From the NCBI GenBank assembly GCA_002269645.1, contig NIVC01001355.1, positions 62,001-126,000 on the forward strand: a stretch of 64,000 nt of DNA, given 5' to 3'. This stretch comes from Macrostomum lignano (lineage: Eukaryota). Below are positions 38,889-52,400 of this stretch, piece after piece; within the stretch, counting starts at the first letter, position 1, and each line of letters opens with the position of its first letter. The translations under genes and the position numbers were made by a program. The notes under the pieces were generated by a model. It was given only the letters and a program-made list of their open reading frames with translations, was not told the origin of the DNA and did no database searches.

Positions 38889-41800
38889 ATGGATTTGACT
38901 GTCACAGTTGTCCTATTTGCCTTAATTTGTCTGTCAGATGTCGGCCAGCAGACTCAAGCAGGCTTGGTCACTCTACGAGATTCAGAGTAAGTCCGGTTAA
39001 TAACCCTATCTGCTTTGACTCATCCACAGTTTAGTTTCATAATCGAAATGTCACAAATTAAGTCACTCTATTCAACTAAGAACAGTTAAAAAGAAAACAA
39101 AGAATAACTAACGAAATTAAAATACTTCTCCATTGCATTCCAGCATCGATCAGTGGGTTGAGAAAATCTCTAAGGATCTGACTGACTTTCGGACAAAACT
39201 TGGAGCGACAAAAATCGAAAAAGTAAACTTTATACTCTGATCTCATGCTGGCTCGTAAATACCTTGTATGTTACTTGTAATATTTTATTCTGTACTCAAG
39301 CTTATAAGCGCTGCTTGAGTTGGTGGTTAGTTAGTAAAAGCTCAAATTTGGAAATTGCAAAGTGATATTCACGATAGCCGTGAGAATAGAGTACATTTTA
39401 TCCTATTGACTTTTATAGAAATCCTTTTAACCAAAGGTAATCTCTCACCCTTCTTTTCAGTTATCCCCTCTTTCACTCCTTTCGTCTTTCCCAGGCTTTC
39501 TCAATTATCAAAGCATAAGGCAGAAAAAACTGCCCGTAGCTTTTATAACTCAGGCCGTTTGAAGCAAACTGTTTGCTACGGCCCGTTGCCTCGTTTCACC
39601 TGGATCAAAAGACCCTTTACTCAGTTGCTACTTCTTGTAGCCTTTTATCTTTTATCAATATTCCATAGTGTTTGTTAGCTTGCGGCGAGACAAGCGAAAA
39701 CTGATGGGCAAAGGGTGTTGCTCCCGGGTGGAGGGGCGGGGAAAATAACTGCGGAAAGAGGGAAGAGTTGGGAAGAGAAAGAGAATAGGGCCATCGATTC
39801 GACTCTGGGAGTAGTAGTCAGAAATTATAGTCTGCTTTTTCTATTCGGCGCGGTGGAGCTTAAATTTTCCACTCGTCGAAATCGATTTTCGAGCTGGGCA
39901 ATGCGGGTTCCGCTCCTCTTCCTCTCTCTCTCTCTCTCTTCCTACCGCCATTCTCTCTTCATTCGATTTTTTCCTAAAACAAGCGGCCTGATCAACTCGC
40001 GGTTAGTTACAAGCCACAATTTGAGGTTCCACAGTAGATGCGATAGTTAATGCCATGGGGATCTGTCTTAGCAACTGATCTCTGCACAGATATCCGCTTT
40101 TGGAAGTTGTCTGTCACTACTATATAAGCCATAGATGTCCACAGACGAAAAAAAACTCTGTCTTATTTGTTTGAACCACACACGAGGGGATCTAAAATTG
40201 GCTAACGAAGTGAGGTCCTAACTTTAATCTGTAGACTCATTATTGCCGCTTAGGTACTGGTGTTAAACACTAAAAAAGGTACAGCTTTAAATTCGCAATG
40301 TCATTAACGAAATTTTGTTAATACTTTTTTACCTGTACGCTTGTAAAACGTTTAATGCCTTAGCTGAAGCTTAAGAGTCGAAGCGTGAGGAATAATCGAC
40401 CCGTCTGTGCTGTCCGCAGGCGTTCGTCGATCGCAGAGTCACATCCAGAGTTCAGACGGAGACCGAAGCTGGCCAGCTGCTGCAGTCGGTCCGGCGGCGC
40501 ATTGAAAACCTGCTCTGGAAGAGTGAGAATAACATCAAGGTGAGTTTTCGAAGCCACTGGAGGAGCTCTAAATTGGTAATTTCCGCTGACAAACGTTTCT
40601 GCGACAGAGCGGTGAAAAACCAGTCAAAAGCTGGGCTACTTAGCAGTTTGGTCCTGGTCCTTTTTCGTATTGAGAACTATAAAATTGCGCCTCCGATTGG
40701 AAATTCCCATCTGGCACTGTGAAACTTTAGATTTTTATCAAAAATTCATCCACAACTTCCTTTCAGAACATTCGGATTCAAGCCGAAAAGTCATACGCCA
40801 AGTATTTGCCTCAGAACTATTCGGTGAGTTGCACTATTGGTGTCAGTGAAATTGAGTAGCATTTCATTTAGTAAACTTGTTCAAGGCATTCAACCAGCTA
40901 GCTTCTTGTTATTCAGTGCTCGGACTTCACCGCCCATCCATATCTGCGCGCCGCCGCCATCTTGAAAAAGAAGGTCAGTCCTGACGTCGGCGCCACCGAG
41001 ACGGCGAAGACAACGGCTGAGCCGGCCGCGCCGGCCGCGCCCGGGTCCGTGGACTACTGCGTCGAGGAGGCCACGCTGGAGCTCAGTCCGGACCCGCGGC
41101 TATACGACGTCGAGACGAATAGAAAAAACTCCACGTCTCACGTGCCGCCAAATATCTACGATGCGTGTAAGTCACCAATGCGAATTGTCCATGCTATGGG
41201 TTGGCGATGGTCCAGTGATACATTGAGCTACGAAGGGGATCAATGCACTGAATGCTTCCCTCTTGCAGCCAACGAGATTCTTAACGTTGCCAACTGGACA
41301 GGAAGTCTGGACGACGTCTTCATCGCGAATGCGCAGAAGGACTCTACTCTAAAGTGGCAGTACTTTGGTACCACAGAGGGGATGTTTAAAATCTATCCAG
41401 GCATTCAGTGGTACGTTCAAACAAGGAACTACACACAGAACGATATGCCAATTGACATGTTCGACTGTAGGACCCAGTATTGGTAAGCCACTGATGCATC
41501 AAACTTTGAACAAATAACCTGAATATTCAATTTTTTGATGGGAATAAGCTTAGCCTGGTTTCTTGTGACTTCAATCCCAGGTATTTGCTGGCAGCCACCT
41601 ATCCGCAGGACATGGTGATCCTCATTGACAACAGTGGCTCTATGAAAGGTAGCAGCTCAATAATGGCCAACAAGACTCTGACTGAAATTCTGCACACACT
41701 AAATGTTAACGACTTCTTCAATGTTGTCATGGTAAGCATCTTTGAGACAATTCGTCAGTTATCTTATGTTCGAGTGGACAAATAGGCTCTAGTAGTCTAG

Positions 41801-44800
41801 GCTTCAGAAACTGAATCTCTGATGCAGAGTTGAAGTGTACATTGCATCCCCTTTGCAGTTCATGAACATGTCCATCAAATACGTGTCGAACGCATTCAAT
41901 CGTACAATGCTTCAAGCTACAGAAATGAATAAGAATGTAAGTGACTGAATTCTAAACCTCAAAAAAGCATAAATCTCGATTCAATGTTACGAGCTAGTCA
42001 CGATCCACAGTTTAAAGAACACTTCTATTCGTACAAGTAACCCAATCTCAAGTCAATCCGCATGCAAAACCTCAGACAATCATGGAGCTGATCAGCAACG
42101 ATGAGAAAAAGAAGGAATCCGAGCGCCAGTTCTCACCGCAGGGCGTCTCGGACTTTCGCCTGGCCCTAGTTGAAGCATTCGAGCTTTTGCGCATGGCCAA
42201 GAACCAGTCGGCATCCGCGTCAGCTGGAGGAGTGCAGACAATCATGCTGATCACCGACAGCGCCCCGGAGGATTTTGCTGACCTATTTCAGAAGTACAAC
42301 CCGGATGTAAGTAATTTGTTGCGCTCAAGTGAGTCATCGAGCTTGGTCATTGATGAAGATGATAAAGGGTCAATAGTTATGCAAGTTAAGCATATTTGAC
42401 TGGTTAGTGGGTAAAAACCAAGTAGGTTTTTACCTACTATATTCTGCTAAAGGTAGAATACAGGGTTGAAGTTGCGACTCCCCACAGTCTCGACAGTGTA
42501 AAAGCTGCAGTGTACACAGCCCTCAGATATGCCAAGCGCTAGCACACCTGCCACCTGCACACCTGGAACTTATGAAAATTAATACACTGTGGAGACATAT
42601 CGCAGCATTCCAGTTCGATTGATCCCACTAACAAATCTTGACCACATAGAATCGCATCACGCATCCCAGCCTTTATGCTCATCAATCCCACAGCAACAAA
42701 TTCGACTGTTCACTTTCCTGATTGGCCAAGAGGCCACTGACGAGGAGACTGTGAAAGCAATGGCGTGCAGAAATCGCGGCTACTTTGTGCAGATTGCCAC
42801 TCTCGCTGACGTCAAGGAAAACGTTCAGGTGTGTTTCAACTAGTTATCATATATAATTTTTCTAGGCATGTGTCTTACAATGTGATATAAGCAGCCTTTA
42901 TTAGAGACAAGCGGATGAGTGCACCCTGGCGCACTTTAAGCGACATTGTCACACAACCGGCGAGAGGTATTGCTCCCCTGAGCAGGCACACAAGCGCGCG
43001 GATACGTACCCAGTCATACCCACTGGAACACACTCACACAGGAGTGTACAGCGGCCCTAACTTTATTTATCTTTAGGCATGTACACTTCCCTGTGCCTTG
43101 GGGGTTGGTCCTCATGGGCGTTAATTGCACGAGCAGAGCCAAGCCGAGATTCAAATTTAGCCCCAAATGAATGTGACTGCACTTGGAATCGAGCCTGGGC
43201 CGCTGGTATATCAGAGCTAGATCACAAAGCAACGCCCCCCATAGGATCACTAGGCTTCAAACGGTACTACATTTGGACAGGTAGACTTAACGTACGTCTA
43301 GCAAACTTGCCACCAACTAGCTAGTTCGAACCACGGCGTTGCAGCTGAAAGTCAGCTGTCACTCAACCGGCCTGTTAACAAGGGCAGGACGCGTCCCCGA
43401 ATGAATATTTTTTGTGCCTTATGCTTACCCTGTATGGTTTTGACGATCTTTGCGACGCAAAATTAAATAAATTGCAGCGATATGTACCTGTGCTGGCCAG
43501 GACGAACGCTCTGCTCCGAGATTACTTCTTTGTGTGGACTGGAGTTCACCAGAATCAGATTAAAACACAGGTAAGAAGTCAATAATTGTCTGTGGCTACT
43601 TCAGTCATTGTTTTGTAACAAAAAAGATTCCTATAGAATGAAACCATTGTTAACTTGAATTGTGCAAGTCTATCATCATGCAAAGTTATATACGTCCTTG
43701 AACTATACTCTATGAATATGCTCGCAATTGATTTGGGGCACCAGTGCAGCACTTTGATCTCGCCAGTTCCTATTTATGAGTAAGAGAAAATCATATCTCA
43801 ACATCTGAACCAAATTGCGCCTTCGCGAGAACCCCGAAGCGCCGCCAGCCCACATGTCGGCGGTGCCCCAGGAGGCCCAGACGGGCGGCTTCACCGCTTT
43901 TCCTCCGCTTACGCCGACAACTGCGGCAGCAAGGGCCGCGGCGGCCAACGCCTCTGTGCTGCCTTCGCCGATATCCACGCCGCAGCCGCCGGGCAAGCAG
44001 CAGCAGCAGCTCCGACTGAAAGGCGACATACCGCAACACCAGAGGAAGGAGGAGGACCCCAGAGTGGTAAAAAAGCGCGATCTAGATTTCATTCAAGCAC
44101 AGGTCTAGTAGTCTGTCCTATCTCGCTTCGTTGTTCAATGCACTCTAAACAAGAACCGTGAAAGCACTGTATACTCATCAGTATTAAGGGTGCAGAGTTG
44201 CTGTGTTGTACTTACACTGTATATTTGTACGTATACAGCTAAACAGCTGCTTCGTTAGTAGCCTATCTTTAATAACTCGTGCTGTAATCAACGGTAAATC
44301 TAAATGGTTAATCTACTGATGTATCCTAATTTAGTGAACGCTCTTAGCCGTTAGCAACAGCAAACTCATTAAATGATTGACTTTATTGGTATATTTTTGT
44401 TTATATTTTTAGTTGCTCTACTTTCAGTAGTATAAAAGCAATATGATTGATGCAAAGATTGCTTTATCATTGCACATTGCGTTTTTGAGCTTCGTATTAT
44501 ACAAAAGCATTATCTATTAATAACCATAACATTGCATTCTACTGAATTTTTCTACTCAAATTCCGACTTTAACCATGCATGCTATTAATATCCGTTAAAA
44601 TCCCACTTTTTATGAAGGCCTCTGCATACAAAAACGTGAGTACAATAGCGGGTCGAGTTGAGGCAGGAAAGATGATTGAGATTTCGTCGCTTACTTCATC
44701 TGAATGTCGGCTGTTGTTTTGGCAACTAGTATTGTGAAGGCAAAATTGGACAAAACTATGTGCGTTTCCTAGAACTTTTTGTGATTCAGAAACAACCATT

Positions 44801-46383
44801 GAGGCGGTCGATTTTTTTGAGCTCAATATTTAACATCGTTCTCAATGGCTAGATTCCAAAAACCTAAAAAAGCTGATTCTTAGATTTCTAAGCGGATTTT
44901 TTTATATTTTGCTTCAAATTTAGTGGTTTTAAAGAGTCATTTATGTGCTTGAAGCTTTTCTTTTCTTTGGGTAGACTGTATAGCGTTTTCTATTAATATA
45001 TATTTACTTTTCACATGAAAATTCACCAGCTCTATAGCGCATATGCTGAAGCTCTGTGGACCATCTTCTATTTCAGAAGAACAAGCTGTTCGCATCGGTG
45101 GCTCAGGCTGCTTACGACATTCGCAACCAAACGGTAAACACCTTGCAATAAGTGCAGATTTTACCAGGTTTACAAGGAACCGACACTGGCCTGTCGCATC
45201 CCTAATTTTCCACCAATTTCAAGGTCCAGCATCAAAGTTTGAAAACTTTTTGTTTGCAAAGTTCAGAGGGGCTTGATACGATACTAAGTGAATTGTGAAG
45301 TATTTATGCAGCTTTAAAATGAAACAGGCATTATCTGAATCGGTTGCAGGAAACGGAAGTTGAACGAACTTGTGTGAGAAGGTGCTCTGAAACGCACCTA
45401 TCTGTTGTATAGGCGCAATGAGACTAAACATGCAGACAAATTAGGGTGGAGCAGGCCAGTTTCGCTTTCCTGTCGCAGCTGGTTGATTCAAAACTCAGCA
45501 AAAACTGAACCGTTCACTACAAAAGGTATCCGACGGCCTCGGACACCTCATCGGCGTGGCTGGCCTCGACGTACCTGTCAACCAGTTCGAACGACTTGGC
45601 CCAGCTTGGGAGCTGGGTCTGATGGCCTACATCTTCATGGCTACTAACAATGGTTTTATCTTGTTCCATCCGGAATTCAGGCCGGTCAATGTAAGACTTG
45701 TGTAAAGAAAATTTGGAGACTATTTAAATTAGAGAGTTGAATTGAACAGACAGTAAGTCGGGCGCAGGTGTAGGGCACAAACGGGTATATCTATCAGACT
45801 AGGGGGGTTGAGTGCAGATAATAAAAGAAGGGGTGGAGGTGAGATTGAGGAGCCAATCAGAAGGCAGCGAGGGAGAGATATAAGAATAACAAGCTTGAAC
45901 TAGGCAGCGAGGGAGAGAGATAAGAATAACAAGCTTGGACTAGGCAGCGAGGGAGAGAGATAAGAATAACAAGCTTGGACTAGGCAGCGAGGGAGAGAGA
46001 TAAGAATAACAAGCTTGAACTAGGCAGCGAGGGAGAGATATAAGAATAACAAGCTTGAACTAGGCAGCGAGGGAGAGAGATAAGAATAACAAGCTTGAAC
46101 TAGGCAGCGAGGGAGAGAGATAAGAATAACAAGCTTGAACTAGGCAGCGAGGGAGAGAGATAAGAATAACAAGCTTGAACTAGGCAGCGAGGAGAGAGAT
46201 AAGAATAACAAGCTTGAACTAGCAGCGAGGGAGAGAGATAAGAATAACAAGCTTGGACTAGGCAGCGAGGGAGAGAGATAAGAATAACAAGCTTGAACTA
46301 GGCAGCGAGGGAGAGATATAAGAATAACAAGCTTGAACTAGGCAGCGAGGGAGAGAGATAAGAATAAGAAGCTTGAACTAGGC

Positions 46384-46426
<43 letters not shown>

Positions 46427-49400
46427 ACAGAGTAAACAGAGACAAGTGCAGATGAACTAAGAAGTGAATAAGAAAGTCGTGACAAGACTAACCCGCTTAT
46501 TTGGGTGCTTAGACCAACTGAAGTTTCTTGCTTTGGTAATTAAAGTTAAGCGCACCCGCTCGATTGGACAGGAAGCCGGCGAAATGCAAATGTTTTACAA
46601 CAATCAAGACATCGCTGATGTTGAAGTTCCCGCTGATGGCACGCCAACAAACGGGAGGCCGAGCTATGATCTGAGCCTGCGCAGCGCAATGATCCAGCGG
46701 GTGACAGGATTTATCGATATGGTCAAGGTCAAGACGTTTGACGATATGGTGCGTTGGTGCGACGCTAATTAGCTAGTTTCTAGGCGGGGGTCTTTGAACG
46801 CTGCTGCAAACCAAGGCGGAATCGCTGGCCTACGCTGGTATACAAACTCAAAAAGGGTGTACGTTCACATCGTCAGGCATGTATACAGTCTGTGCCTTGA
46901 TTCGGCCCTCATTGGGCGTTAGTCAGGGTTCAGACTTATGAGCCTCAAATTACTCGTAATGTGGCCTCGCACGGAATCGAACCCAGGTAGCCGGACTCAA
47001 GTGGCCCAGATAGACAGACGCGTTACCTATGAGCCACTTTGCTCCCTGTGCGATCTTAACAGATAGGAACTATTATTTTATAGCAAACTGTCAATCAAAA
47101 CTGTGCCTCCTAAACAAATCATCTTAACAGAGTCGCGGTACAAAGCAGAAATTTCGCTATTTTTACGCGCCGCTCAACTCGACGGCGCCATTCGGAGTGG
47201 CAACTGAAACCCGGCCGACGCCGTTTTCACTTGGCCTCGCATTGCCATGGGGCTCAGCCGGTCAGTGGCCACCAGTAGCGGCCTACCCGACCGCACCCCC
47301 GTTTGATTCTCACAGTCTGCACCGGGAAAATCTCGCCAAGCTGTTCTCGAAGCGCCTGATTAACAGTACCTGCGATGCCGCGAAGCCGGAATTGTACAAA
47401 ACTGGCTTGGCCGAGTTTGAGTTCTGCGACTTTTCCAGCGAGCTGCTCGCTGAGTACGGCGTCAATCCGTTGTGCGCTCTGGGCTCGGTGCTGGAACTGC
47501 CGCTGGCCAGGCAGCAAGCAATGAGCTGCTCATTTGAATATCTGAAGCGCGTAATGGTTGACGCATTGAGTACCCGAGAAGCGTATGAATGGGATACGAA
47601 CTGGAATACAATTGTTCCTGCTCAAATCGGTGCCACTCTGCTGTTCCTGTGGACCGGAACTGGCCTGGCCAGATGGCAGACGCCGCCAACGAATGACGCT
47701 CAGTCCGTCATTGATGCCAGCTTCGCAGCAGCTCGGCGCAACGGCTCCCGAGACAGCCTCTATGAACGTACAGCGCTTCTAGCGTCTTCTTCGGACTCCT
47801 CGTTAACGGTATTGACTGCGCCATCAGGTGATTCAGTATTCGCTCGCGTCAAGGCCAACACTAGCGTGCCGATTTACCTGACATCGGCGCTTCGGGTTGA
47901 AAGCAGCGTTGTTGGCGTGGTCGGCGCCGAGATCAACTACGACCGCCTGGCTAATTATTTCGTCAACGCCACGAACTCCTGCGTTAGCGGCGTCGGTGGT
48001 GGTGCTTGTGTCACCTGTGCGCAGACTAACGTCCGCTGTTACCTGCTCGATGATAGCGGCGCCGTGGTCGTGTCCGAGAGTCAGACTGACGTCGGCAAGA
48101 CTTTTGACATTGTCAATTGTCCTGCAATGCAGCTCATGATCAACAGGAGCTTGTTTGTTACGTAAATACGGCTGGGGATTAAGTTTGTGGATAGTTTATA
48201 GATTGCTTGAACATTGCCAAGCATTCTGTTTCTGACCCGGGCGATAATAACTGTTCGATGCAGAGCCTTACTTTTATGAGTCCATTCCGATACCGTAATT
48301 TATGTGTATGCATGTCTGAAGTGGCTTATTGATAGCTTTACGCATTGATAATTAACAATTCATAATTTATTAACAACTTTACTAATTTCAGCGTGAAGGC
48401 GTTCGACTTCCAGGCTGTGTGCCTGAAGAAGACTCCAGTTGACAGTTCGGCATCAACACTTTTCAATGTAAGTTGCTGCAATTGAGAAGGAAAATTCACT
48501 AAACGCTACCTGAGCTTATTGACATTCTCCGACCGCAATGCATTTTCTGCAGCCAATCCGAGCTCTGATGCGGCTGGCATCTTGGGCCTTCATTGAAGGA
48601 TTTCTGTGAGAACACTTGGCTAGATGCTTCGAATGGACTTAATAGTGCCTGTTCTTCAAATTTTTTACTACTCATATTGCCATTTTTAGGCTGCTCGCTG
48701 ACTTGACATCATCGACGCTTCGAGTCATCAAAGCCGGAGCTCAAGGTAAATTGGTTGCAAGCTCTATTCATCTTTGTACTTTTTTTCAATATTTCACGGT
48801 AAACTCCAGATAAAAAGCCGCTTACCCAGCAAAGATAGAATAAAAAATCCTACTAAAAATCTACTTAATATAAATAAATGTACGAAGCGCTTGCAAATGC
48901 AGCATGGCCAGTAAGCATGACAACAATCAGCCGAAGCCGTCACTGGTCAGAGCGTCGGACTCACGACTGAAGGGTCGGCGGTTCGATTCTCGACCCTCCT
49001 GAAACAATTTATGTCCTTGAGCAAGACACTTAACTCTGCATTGCTTCAGTTCACCCAGCTGTAAAATGGGTGCCAGCATTAGCTGGGGTAATTGAGGGTG
49101 CGTGTGGCGACCCCCCAGTCCTTGGACTGAACAGCCGTACGCAGCCTTCAGATGCGCCGCGCAATAGCTGCGGCTGAGCTGTCGGTTGCACATCTGCCCA
49201 TTGGGGGCAGGTGTAGTCAATTATTATTAATATTATTAATATCAGGTCAAGAGGAGTCTATTCTTTATCACAATCTCGCACTTTTCGACCGCTAAGGGTT
49301 CGTATCCATTGTCTGCGCTATAAATATTTGGGTTTATTGATTGAAACTTTGCCTCCTTTTATTCGCTCAATATTGGTTAAGGGAAAATTAGTTTTAAAAC

Positions 49401-52400
49401 ATGCTGCTTTTAGTGTGGCGATAGAGTTATTCAGAAATATTCGTCTCTACTGTCGTGTGCCAGAATTCGGCATGGCATCGTCGCGCAGCACAGCGGAGGA
49501 CTGCCACCGAGTGGACGCCTCCCGCCCGGACAGCATCCTGAAGGTGTACGAAAGAGTTGACGCCATGATAGCCGAAACCGCCGACTTGGTGGCTCCGCAT
49601 CCGGACGCATCTTTGAAAGTGCAGGAGATTCGACGCCGCCTGATGCAGCCGCTGTGCATCGGCCGGACAGCCGACGATCAAGACGAAGAGGAGGCTTGCG
49701 AGTACCTGTGCAAGCGGCTGCCGGAGCAGTTCGGCATCGGCCTCGTGTCCGATCTGCTGGCCGGCTGTCCGAAATTTGATGAAGCCCAGATCGACTGCAC
49801 CGTTAAGAGAACACTGCTAAGGCGGGAGCCACGGCAGCCTCTACCAACGTCTGCCATGAGACTGCAGTGCCCGTTGCTCGGACTCTGCGAAGCTTGCCAG
49901 CCAGAAGCTAACGGCTCCTCAGAGTTGTAGGCCACAGAGCTTCGTCTGTACCAACAAGCATGCTCAGTGTTTTAGTCCCCCATCATCCATCTGCACACGG
50001 CCTCACTAATACAAGCATGCTCAGTGTTTTAGTCCCCCATCATCCATCTGCACACGGCCTCACTAATACAAGCATGCTCAGTGTTTTAGTCCCCCATCAT
50101 CCATCTGCACACGGCCTCACTAATACAAGCATGCTCAGTGTTTTAGTCCCCCATCATCCATCTGCACACAGCCTCACTAATACAAGCATGCTCAGTGTTT
50201 TAGTCCCCCATCATCCATCTGCACACGGCCTCACTAATACAAGCATGCTCAGTGTTTTAGTCCCCCATCATCCATCTGCACACAGCCTCACTAATACAAG
50301 CATGCTCAGTGTTTTAGTCCCCCATCATCCATCTGCACACGGCCTCACTAATACAAGCATGCTCAGTGTTTTAGTCCCCCATCATCCATCTGCACACGGC
50401 CTCACTAATACAAGCATGCTCAGTGTTTTAGTCCCCCATCATCCATCTGCACACAGCCTCACTAATACAAGCATGCTCAGTGTTTTAGTCCCCCATCATC
50501 CATCTGCACACAGCCTCACTAATACAAGCATGCTCAGTGTTTTAGTCCCCCATCATCCATCTGCACACGGCCTCACTAATACAAGCATGCTCAGTGTTTT
50601 AGTCCCCCATCATCCATCTGCACACGGCCTCACTAATACAAGCATGCTCAGTGTTTTAGTCCCCCATCATCCATCTGCACACGGCCTCACTAATACAAGC
50701 ATGCTCAGTGTTTTAGTCCCCCATCATCCATCTGCACACGGCCTCACTAATACAAGCATGCTCAGTGTTTTAGTCCCCCATCATCCATCTGCACACAGCC
50801 TCACTAATACAAGCATGCTCAGTGTTTTAGTCCCCCATCATCCATCTGCACACAGCCTCACTAATACATGCATGCTCAGTGTTTTAGTCCCCCATCATCC
50901 ATCTGCACACAGCCTCACTAATACAAGCATGCTCAGTGTTTTAGTCCCCCATCATCCAATCATCCATCTGCACACAGCCTCACTAATACAAGCATGCTCA
51001 GTGTTTTAGTCCCCCATCATCCATCTGCACACGGCCTCACTAATACAAGCATGCTCAGTGTTTTAGTCCCCCATCATCCATCTGCACACAGCCTCACTAA
51101 TACAAGAATGCTCAGTGTTTTAGTCCCCCATCATCCATCTGCACACGGCCTCACTAATACAAGCATGCTCAGTGTTTTAGTCCCCCATCATCCATCTGCA
51201 CACAGCCTCACTAATACATGCATGCTCAGTGTTTTAGTCCCCCATCATCCATCTGCACACAGCCTCACTAATACAAGCATGCTCAGTGTTTTAGTCCCTC
51301 ATCATCCATCTGCACACGGCCTCACTAATACAAGCATGCTCAGTGTTTTAGTCCCCCATCATCCATCTGCACACAGCCTCACTAATACAAGCATGCTCAG
51401 TGTTTTAGTCCCCCATCATCCATCTGCACACAGCCTCACTAATACAAGCATGCTCAGTGTTTTAGTCCCCCATCATCCATCTGCACACGGCCTCACTAAT
51501 ACAAGCATGCTCAGTGTTTTAGTCCCCCATCATCCAATCATCCATCTGCACACAGCCTCACTAATACAAGCATGCTCAGTGTTTTAGTCCCCCATCATCC
51601 ATCTGCACACGGCCTCACTAATACAAGCATGCTCAGTGTTTTAGTCCCCATCATCCATCTGCACACAGCCTCACTAATACAAGCATGCTCAGTGTTTTAG
51701 TCCCCCATCATCCATCTGCACACAGCCTCACTAATACAAGCATGCTCAGTGTTTTAGTCCCCCATCATCCATCTGCACACGGCCTCACTAATACAAGCAT
51801 GCTCAGTGTTTTAGTCCCCCATCATCCATCTGCACACAGCCTCACTAATACAAGCATGCTCAGTGTTTTAGTCCCCCATCATCCATCTGCACACAGCCTC
51901 ACTAATACAAGCATGCTCAGTGTTTTAGTCCCCTATCATCAATATGCACACGGCCTCACTAATACAAGCATAGTAATACAAGTATCTCTCTCGATTAAGA
52001 TTTGCGTAGGTCACAAAAACCTTCTCAAAAGCAAGCTCAATCCTCATCTTTTAGCAACGTGTACGTGAGGCAGGTGAGCGGAACTAATCTGATGTTTGTC
52101 GCTGTCACCGGAGATCCGAACTGCGACTGCACCGGCTGTCCGCTGGCCGTCACCACGGAGAAACTGAGCGGCACCCGCAACATCAGCTTGCAGCAGCGCT
52201 TCAGGGAGCGACCGCCGTGGAGTCGACCTAATGTTGTGCTCATAGTGAGTATTGTCAGTCGGACTCATTTTTTTCAGAGTAGATCTTTTAAACAGCTTCG
52301 ATTCCATTGGACCAGCGATTCTCAGTCATGTCAGGTGCACGAGTGAAATAATGACAGCATGAACTGAATCTACCTGTCCAATTTCCTCCAGGACAATTCG

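Noticed and set aside
46965-47037. tRNA gene candidates here and at 48929-48995
   Set aside because: A/B boxes are present but there is no complete cloverleaf, and each is followed by a SINE body.
49960-52068. 19-aa repeat protein ORFs (MLSVLVPHHPSAHGLTNTS)
   Set aside because: A 57-bp array lying within an in-phase alpha-2/delta intron; frameshifting variants break the frame.
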